The notes beneath the pieces were generated by a model. It searched no databases, was not told where the DNA came from, and was given only the letters and a program-made list of their open reading frames with translations. A stretch of DNA of 64,000 bases, taken from Cytophagales bacterium (GTDB lineage: Bacteria > Bacteroidota > Bacteroidia > Cytophagales > Spirosomataceae). The translations under genes and the position numbers were made by a program. The stretch is taken from assembly GCA_031411995.1 (NCBI GenBank), contig JANOCD010000057.1:28461-92460 (forward strand), given 5' to 3'. Below are positions 57,987-64,000 of the stretch, piece by piece (position 1 is the first letter of the stretch; every line of letters begins with the position of its first letter).

Positions 57987-58787
57987 ATGGAAATAACCGT
58001 TATCGGAGCCGGAAATGTGGCCTGGCATTTGGCACCGGCCCTGGAAAACGCTGGTCATCGTATCAATGAGGTGGTAAGTCGTCAACTGACTCACGCCCGT
58101 CAGTTGGTAAGCCTGCTTTATGATGCCCGGCCCCGTTCCGACATGAATCTGGCGAAAAGTTCATCGCGGCTGTTTCTGCTCACCGTTCCCGACGATGCCC
58201 TGCCTGACGTTTGCTCACGCCTGGTGTTGCCCGAAAATGCCATAGTTGTGCATACATCGGGCAGTTTTTCGCTGGAGAATCTCAGCCAATTAATGCATCT
58301 TTATAGTGATGTTCCGGTCAGAACAGGCGTTTTTTACCCAATCCAAACCTTCAGCCGAAACCAGAATCCGCTTGATTTTGAGGAGATTCCACTTTGTATT
58401 GAAGCAAACGATCCCGAAACGGAAACCGTACTGGTGGCCATGGGACAGGAAATCAGTTCGATTGTGTATCTGGTCAGCTCTGCCGAACGACGGGTACTGC
58501 ATCTGGCAGCCGTGTTTGCCTGCAACTTCACAAACCATCTGCTGGCCATTGCCAATGATCTCACCAATGCCCACGATCTCGAATTTGACCTCCTCCGACC
58601 ACTCATTCGCGAGACGTTTCGAAAAGGTTTGGTTGCAGAAGACCCTGCCGAAGTTCAAACCGGCCCTGCTCGCCGGGACGACCAAAAAACGATCAACACC
58701 CACCTGGCAATGCTCAATGGACAACCTCGTTTGCAGGAAATTTATGAATTGCTGACAGAGAGTATTCGGGGGAGGTATAAGAAATAG
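57987..58787 (+). CDS. Rossmann-fold + DUF2520 protein
   Basis: IGAGNVA, VHTSGS, FYPIQTF, HLAAVFACNF, QTGPARR. Confidence 0.9.
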   Translation: MEITVIGAGNVAWHLAPALENAGHRINEVVSRQLTHARQLVSLLYDARPRSDMNLAKSSSRLFLLTVPDDALPDVCSRLVLPENAIVVHTSGSFSLENLSQLMHLYSDVPVRTGVFYPIQTFSRNQNPLDFEEIPLCIEANDPETETVLVAMGQEISSIVYLVSSAERRVLHLAAVFACNFTNHLLAIANDLTNAHDLEFDLLRPLIRETFRKGLVAEDPAEVQTGPARRDDQKTINTHLAMLNGQPRLQEIYELLTESIRGRYKK

Positions 58788-58795
58788 GTTTAGCC

Positions 58796-60019
58796 TCAAA
58801 CCACCCTCCTACCCAACACCCCACCCCGATTTAAAACCAGACCCGGCTTCAGTTTGGCGCATTGTTCGGCGGTTTGCCAGCTTTCGAGCAGGGGCGTAAT
58901 CAGGTCTGAACACCCCTGTTCTGGTGTCGACTTGGCTGCAAAAAGTGGTTTTGCCTGTCGGGTCAGGGCCAGATGCCAGCCGCCATTTTCGGCATCAGGG
59001 AAGTGTTGAAACGTGTAATCATGAATGCGTTGCAGCCATTTTGGGGCCTCGGAGTGGCGTGTATAGAAATAGGCTTTGGTCAACGCACTTAAGCTTTCCA
59101 GATGCACCCAGGCCCAGCGTTGCTTCCAGTCGGGGTAGGGCAAAGGCTGATTTTTGAGATCCACCCACTGATCGAGACCGCCGGTGGCTTCGTCCCAGGC
59201 CCACTCACAAATCTGAACAGTCCAGGCGGCCGCCTGAATGGCCAGTTTTCGATTGCCTGTTACATTGGCCAACTCATGCGCTACGTTGGCCGCCCGAAAC
59301 GTGAGACCAACATTGAGTCTCCTGCCTTCGGGCGTATTCAGAAAAGCCCCTTCGGGTTGGACAAATTCTCGCAAAATGTCCTGCCGTTTATCCAAAAACT
59401 CGTTTAACAATTCATGCAACACCAACTGAGTCGACTCTTTCCAATCGTCCTCGCTCAATAGGAAAAGGCTTTCCATAAGAGCCTGTAGCACCCCAACGGG
59501 TTCACTCAGATGGCGGAGTACCCGGAATCCAGTAAGGGTCTGTGTTTGATCAGTCCGTTGATTATCACGTCGGTCGAGCAAGCCTGCCAGCGTTTGTTTA
59601 GCCAGCATGGCCCATTCGTCGTTGCCCGTTACCCGGTGCATCTGGCAGTAGGCCATCACCACAGCCGCATCGGTGCAGGCATCTGTAGCCGGTGCTACCG
59701 GACGACCCAGCCGGTCGACGGTGGCGTAGCATTGCAGGGTTTCGTTGTGGGCAAATTGGTATAGGAAGTCGGCTCCATGACGGGCATGGTTCAGCCAGGT
59801 TTCATTGCCGCCAATAGTGTTGTATAGTTTGGCGAAAGCCCACGTCTGCCGGGCCTGTTGACCAATAAACTTGTCGGTATCAAGGGGTTCACCCGTATCC
59901 GAAAGACCATCAAAAAAGCCCCCACAACGAGTGTCGGGGCTATTTTTGAGATAAAACGGAATAATGCTCTCCAACAGAGCCTCCTGATAGGCAGCAGACA
60001 GTTTTGGGAAATCAAGCAT
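58796..60019 (-). CDS. N-acylglucosamine 2-epimerase (AGE) homolog, catalytic histidines apparently lost
   Basis: QQARQTWAF, EGRRLNVGL, QRWAWVHLE, IHDYTFQHFPD, QGCSD colinear with AGE motifs. Confidence 0.82.
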   Translation of the reverse strand: MLDFPKLSAAYQEALLESIIPFYLKNSPDTRCGGFFDGLSDTGEPLDTDKFIGQQARQTWAFAKLYNTIGGNETWLNHARHGADFLYQFAHNETLQCYATVDRLGRPVAPATDACTDAAVVMAYCQMHRVTGNDEWAMLAKQTLAGLLDRRDNQRTDQTQTLTGFRVLRHLSEPVGVLQALMESLFLLSEDDWKESTQLVLHELLNEFLDKRQDILREFVQPEGAFLNTPEGRRLNVGLTFRAANVAHELANVTGNRKLAIQAAAWTVQICEWAWDEATGGLDQWVDLKNQPLPYPDWKQRWAWVHLESLSALTKAYFYTRHSEAPKWLQRIHDYTFQHFPDAENGGWHLALTRQAKPLFAAKSTPEQGCSDLITPLLESWQTAEQCAKLKPGLVLNRGGVLGRRVV

Positions 60020-60029
60020 AGTGAACAGC

Positions 60030-62639
60030 TTAATATGTTACCACTCTCTCTGCTTCGCGGTCGCGCCGGGCGGTGTCTTCTTCAGGAAAAACGAATTTCA
60101 TTGGCTTACCAACCTGATTGGGTAGCAGCGCGATATCTAATACCTGCTCCACATTGTCGGCGTAATGGAACGTCAGATCTTTGAGGTAGCTGGGGTTAAT
60201 TTCTTCGATGTCTTTGCGGTTTTTCGAGCAGAGAATCAACTCTTTAACACCTGCCCGGTTTGCTGCAAGAATTTTTTCTTTGATACCGCCCACGGGCAGC
60301 ACTTTGCCTCGCAACGTGACCTCACCCGTCATGGCTAAAAATGGCTTCACCTTGCGTTGGGTGTAAATCGAAGCCATCGACGTAACCATGGTGATACCCG
60401 CTGAAGGGCCATCTTTAGGCACCGCACCCGCCGGTACGTGTACGTGCAGGTCGTAGTGATTAAACATGCGGTAGTCGATGTTCAGATCGTCGGCGTGGGC
60501 TTTCAAATAGGATAATGCCGTAACCGCTGACTCTTTCATAACATCGCCCAACTGCCCCGACAAAGTAAGCACCCCCCGTCCCCGGCTCAGGCTCGACTCA
60601 ATCAGCAGAATTTCGCCCCCAACCTGTGTCCAGGCAAGGCCCGTTACAATACCGGCAATATCGTCGTCTGAATACAGGTCTTTATCGAAAACTTCAGCTC
60701 CGAGCATTTTCCGCACATCGGGCAGTTTAATCGTGTGCGGATAATCCTCTTCCATCGCTATCGACTTGGCGATTTTCCGAACCAGCGCACCAATTTTCTG
60801 CTCCAAATTCCGCACACCCGACTCGCGGGTGTAGCCTTCCACAATGCGTACAATGGCTTTGTCTTCGATCTGTAAGTCTTTTGGCTTCAGACCGTGCTCT
60901 TTGCGCTGCTTCGGAATCAGGTATTTCTTGGCAATCTGTACTTTCTCTTCCACCGTATAGCCCGCAATGTCGATAATTTCCATCCGGTCGCGAAGGGCGG
61001 GATGAATAGTATCTAAGGTGTTGGCAGTCGCAATGAACAAACACTTCGAGAGGTCATATTCAACTTCCAGATAGTTGTCCATGAACGTGGAATTTTGCTC
61101 AGGATCAAGCACTTCGAGCAGAGCCGACGAGGGGTCACCCCGGAAGTCGGAACTTACCTTGTCGATTTCATCCAGGATAAAGACCGGGTTCGACGAATTA
61201 CACTTTCTGATGTTCTGGACAATCTTACCGGGCATTGCCCCGATATACGTTTTCCGGTGCCCACGGATTTCGGCTTCGTCGTGAACGCCACCCAAGGCCA
61301 TGCGGCTGTATTTGCGGCCCAGTGCTTTGGCAATAGAGCGGCCTAATGAGGTCTTACCAACCCCCGGAGGTCCATATAGACACAGGATTGGTGCTTTTAA
61401 ACCTTCAGGCTGATACCCATTGCTCGACTTGCCTCCATTGGCCGCCGACCGACGTGTGGCCGGTGTCACCGGGGTAACTTCGGCAGGCTTTGGATCATCC
61501 TGTCGGCGGTCATTTTGCAGTTTCAGAACGGCCAGATATTCAATGATCCGCTCCTTCACTTTTTCTAAGCCAAAGTGGTCGGCATCAAGAATTTTCTGAG
61601 CGCGTTTGAGGTCATAATTATCCTTGGTGTATTGACTCCAGGGCAGGTCGACCATTAACTCGATATAATTTATTGTCACCGGATATTCCGGGGCCATCGG
61701 ATTAATACGCTGCAACTTGGTCAGCTCTTTATCAAAATGCGCCCGAACATCGGCAGGCCAGCGTTTTTGGTCGGCTTTTATCCGAAGCTCTTCAAGATCA
61801 CGATCCGGGTTATCCATGCCCAATTCGTCCTGCAATACTTTTATTTGCTGACGAAGGAAATAATCCCGTTGTTGCTGGTCCAGATCCGAACTGGCTTTGG
61901 ACTGAATCTCGCGTTTCAGCTCCAGCAACTGCACCTCTCGCAACATATATTCGAGTAGCAACTGCGCCTGCGTAACACCTTCGAGCGTTTCGAGAAGCCG
62001 TTGTTTATCAGCAACTTCAGCGTTTATGTTGGATGACAGAAAGTGCAACAGGAACATCGGACTTTCAATGTTATCGAGAGCAATGCGGGCTTCCTGCGGA
62101 ATCTCCGGGTTCAACCGCAAAATTTTATAGGCCGCATCCTTCACCGACTGCAACAGGGCTTTCCCTTCTTTCTTGGTAGGGCTGGCAAACGAGTCATCTA
62201 TCTGACGCACCGAAGCCGTCAGAAATGGCTCATCCTGCGTGATTTGCCCAATTTCAAACCGTTTTTTACCCTGAATAATAATCGTGATGTTTCCGTCGGG
62301 CAGCGTAATCATTTTGATGATATACGCCACTGTCCCCAGCCGATACAGATCGTCGGACGTGGGTTCATCTTTATTCTGATTGAGCTGCGATACAACCCCA
62401 ATAATCCGGTTGCCTTTGTAAGCCTTTTTTACCAGTCGAATTGATTTTTGGCGACCCACCGTAACGGGGATCACCATGCCAGGAAATAGAACCGTGTTAC
62501 GGACAGGTAGTATTGGTAAATTCTGGGGTAATTCGTAATCATCATCAATTCCTTCCGGCGAACCCAACGGGACAATCTCCAGATTGTCAGAGTCGAAGTC
62601 AGACAGCAGTAATCGAGTAGCAAAATCGTTTTGTAACAT
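60030..62639 (-). CDS. lon: Lon ATP-dependent protease
   Basis: [42 protein letters not shown]; start trimmed to MLQND. Confidence 0.97.
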   Translation of the reverse strand: MLQNDFATRLLLSDFDSDNLEIVPLGSPEGIDDDYELPQNLPILPVRNTVLFPGMVIPVTVGRQKSIRLVKKAYKGNRIIGVVSQLNQNKDEPTSDDLYRLGTVAYIIKMITLPDGNITIIIQGKKRFEIGQITQDEPFLTASVRQIDDSFASPTKKEGKALLQSVKDAAYKILRLNPEIPQEARIALDNIESPMFLLHFLSSNINAEVADKQRLLETLEGVTQAQLLLEYMLREVQLLELKREIQSKASSDLDQQQRDYFLRQQIKVLQDELGMDNPDRDLEELRIKADQKRWPADVRAHFDKELTKLQRINPMAPEYPVTINYIELMVDLPWSQYTKDNYDLKRAQKILDADHFGLEKVKERIIEYLAVLKLQNDRRQDDPKPAEVTPVTPATRRSAANGGKSSNGYQPEGLKAPILCLYGPPGVGKTSLGRSIAKALGRKYSRMALGGVHDEAEIRGHRKTYIGAMPGKIVQNIRKCNSSNPVFILDEIDKVSSDFRGDPSSALLEVLDPEQNSTFMDNYLEVEYDLSKCLFIATANTLDTIHPALRDRMEIIDIAGYTVEEKVQIAKKYLIPKQRKEHGLKPKDLQIEDKAIVRIVEGYTRESGVRNLEQKIGALVRKIAKSIAMEEDYPHTIKLPDVRKMLGAEVFDKDLYSDDDIAGIVTGLAWTQVGGEILLIESSLSRGRGVLTLSGQLGDVMKESAVTALSYLKAHADDLNIDYRMFNHYDLHVHVPAGAVPKDGPSAGITMVTSMASIYTQRKVKPFLAMTGEVTLRGKVLPVGGIKEKILAANRAGVKELILCSKNRKDIEEINPSYLKDLTFHYADNVEQVLDIALLPNQVGKPMKFVFPEEDTARRDREAERVVTY

Positions 62640-62718
62640 AAGAGAATCTGCCAAACTGACAGCATTTCAAGGCACTCGTGGGTGAATCTACGGATTGATG
62701 AGTAGGGTAATATACAGG

Positions 62719-62734
62719 TGCAAGCTACGTGCCA
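62719..62734 (-). promoter_or_regulatory. Sigma54 (-24/-12) promoter upstream of lon
   Basis: Minus strand TGGCACG-TAGC-TTGCA, exact match to TGGCACG-N4-TTGCW, about 80 nt upstream of lon ATG. Confidence 0.78.
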
Positions 62735-62826
62735 ATAGCTGATAAACTTATGACGCTACGCACAGAGTTGAGTAACAAATGCAAAAATACGGTTGAAGTT
62801 GCCGAATCACTAACGCAAGCCTATTT

Positions 62827-63378
62827 TCATAAACTAATCTCTTGTACGGTTTGATTTCTCCTAAAAAGCAACGTTTTTTTTTGAGAATTGTAGTTGATTG
62901 TCACTAAGTTAACCTGATCATCGAACATATCCAACAATACACTTTGCTGTATGCTTACACCCTGAAACGGTTCGGGATAGGGTAATTCAAGGTAAACCCA
63001 TTGTGCATCAGCTTCTGTCTCGTGGCCAACGTAATTAAACGCTTTCCGTTGTTTCTGAGCCGTTTGCAACGCAAAATGTTTGCGGATATATTTTTCTAAT
63101 AAATGGTCGTTATTTTTTTCATACTTCTTATCGAATATGACACGCTGTCCGCCATTTTCCCGGGTCAGGGTCTTCTCCAAATCATCCGTGAATATCCTGA
63201 CACTAACCTCAAAAACCCGTTCTTTGGGGTTATACTGCATGTTGGTCACGCTGGCATGATACTCGTGCGCTGAAAGCGAAAAAAGGGGAACCGCAAACAG
63301 GCAAAGGAGTCGCAAGATGCGCACGTTTTTCGTTTGCTCACTTTGCGACTCCTTTGCCTGTTTGCGGTTAAAAACCAT
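62827..63378 (-). CDS. DUF6702-family exported protein
   Basis: AHEYHASVT, SVRIFTDDLE, QWVYLE, DQVNLV; start ATG 63378 or GTG 63324. Confidence 0.78.
   Translation of the reverse strand: MVFNRKQAKESQSEQTKNVRILRLLCLFAVPLFSLSAHEYHASVTNMQYNPKERVFEVSVRIFTDDLEKTLTRENGGQRVIFDKKYEKNNDHLLEKYIRKHFALQTAQKQRKAFNYVGHETEADAQWVYLELPYPEPFQGVSIQQSVLLDMFDDQVNLVTINYNSQKKTLLFRRNQTVQEISL
63289..63369. repeat. 81-nt element with perfect 27-bp inverted arms overlapping the DUF6702 5' coding region
   Basis: aaccgcaaacaggcaaaggagtcgcaa (63289-63315) / ttgcgactcctttgcctgtttgcggtt (63343-63369). Confidence 0.9.
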
Positions 63379-63379
63379 T

Positions 63380-64000
63380 CTAAAATACAGCTTTGAAAAC
63401 ATCATTGAAAATAGCAAAGGCCATCAACCCCAACAAAAGCACCATACCCACTTTCTGCGACGCTTCAAGAAATTGATCCGAAGGCTTGCGGCCCGACACA
63501 ATTTCATACAACAAAATGGTAGCATGACCACCGTCGAGGGCGGGAATCGGCAGCGCGTTCATAAACGCTAGAGCCATTGATAACAAGCCCGTCACCGTCC
63601 AGAAACGATCCCAAACCCAAACGCCACCAAACAGGTTCTGAGCAATGCCGATGGGACCACTCAACGCTTTAGAAGGTGAAACGTCGCCCCGGAAAATCTT
63701 GCCAAAGCCTTTGATATTATCGTAAACCACCTGAAAGGCCCGTCCCGTGCCAACAGTCAGTGCCTGCCCAAATGTATAGTCTTCGGTTACGGTCTTGAGC
63801 ATGTTCACCGCGTAGAAACCAAGCTTTCCTTCTGGTGTCAACTTCACGTTTAAGTTAATTGGCTGACCACCCCGATTAATTCCCAACGCAACGACCTGAT
63901 TCTTCGACTTACCGGTAATCTCCCCAAATTCGTGGTAGAAGCGAACAGGTTTTCCGTTCACACTCGTAATGACATCGCCCGTTTTCAGACCAGCTTTAAT
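63380..64000 (-). CDS. rseP: RIP metalloprotease RseP, 5'-partial
   Basis: PDZ region, SGPIGIA, NALPIPALDGGH motif. Confidence 0.92.
   Translation of the reverse strand: MKAGLKTGDVITSVNGKPVRFYHEFGEITGKSKNQVVALGINRGGQPINLNVKLTPEGKLGFYAVNMLKTVTEDYTFGQALTVGTGRAFQVVYDNIKGFGKIFRGDVSPSKALSGPIGIAQNLFGGVWVWDRFWTVTGLLSMALAFMNALPIPALDGGHATILLYEIVSGRKPSDQFLEASQKVGMVLLLGLMAFAIFNDVFKAVF

Overview
Chromosomal window from a Bacteroidota bacterium, probably Cytophagales/Spirosomataceae (inferred from TAnnTTTG promoters, a T9SS cargo protein, SusC remnant, DUF2490/DUF4856/DUF5723 genes). Housekeeping genes (pgk, proA, rplU-rpmA, gmk, lon, rseP) are interleaved with accessory modules. (i) Three tandem secreted FG-GAP beta-propeller paralogs. 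(ii) A KaiA-less kaiC-kaiB-kaiB operon coupled to a PAS histidine kinase, two stand-alone receivers and a CheB-CheR-PAS kinase. (iii) A CotH-DUF4956-DUF2490 cluster lacking the usual VTC gene. (iv) An AT-rich 2.4 kb interval with two tandem candidate structured small RNAs, a collapsed SusC pseudogene and an IS982 remnant. (v) A putatively Fur-controlled DUF4856-imelysin-HTTM-TonB receptor locus whose HTTM protein keeps gamma-glutamyl-carboxylase catalytic residues and carries an in-frame palindromic insertion. (vi) A sigma54-type promoter driving lon plus an apparently catalytically dead N-acylglucosamine 2-epimerase homolog. No tRNA, rRNA or CRISPR array was seen. All family assignments are by motif recognition; no database search was run.
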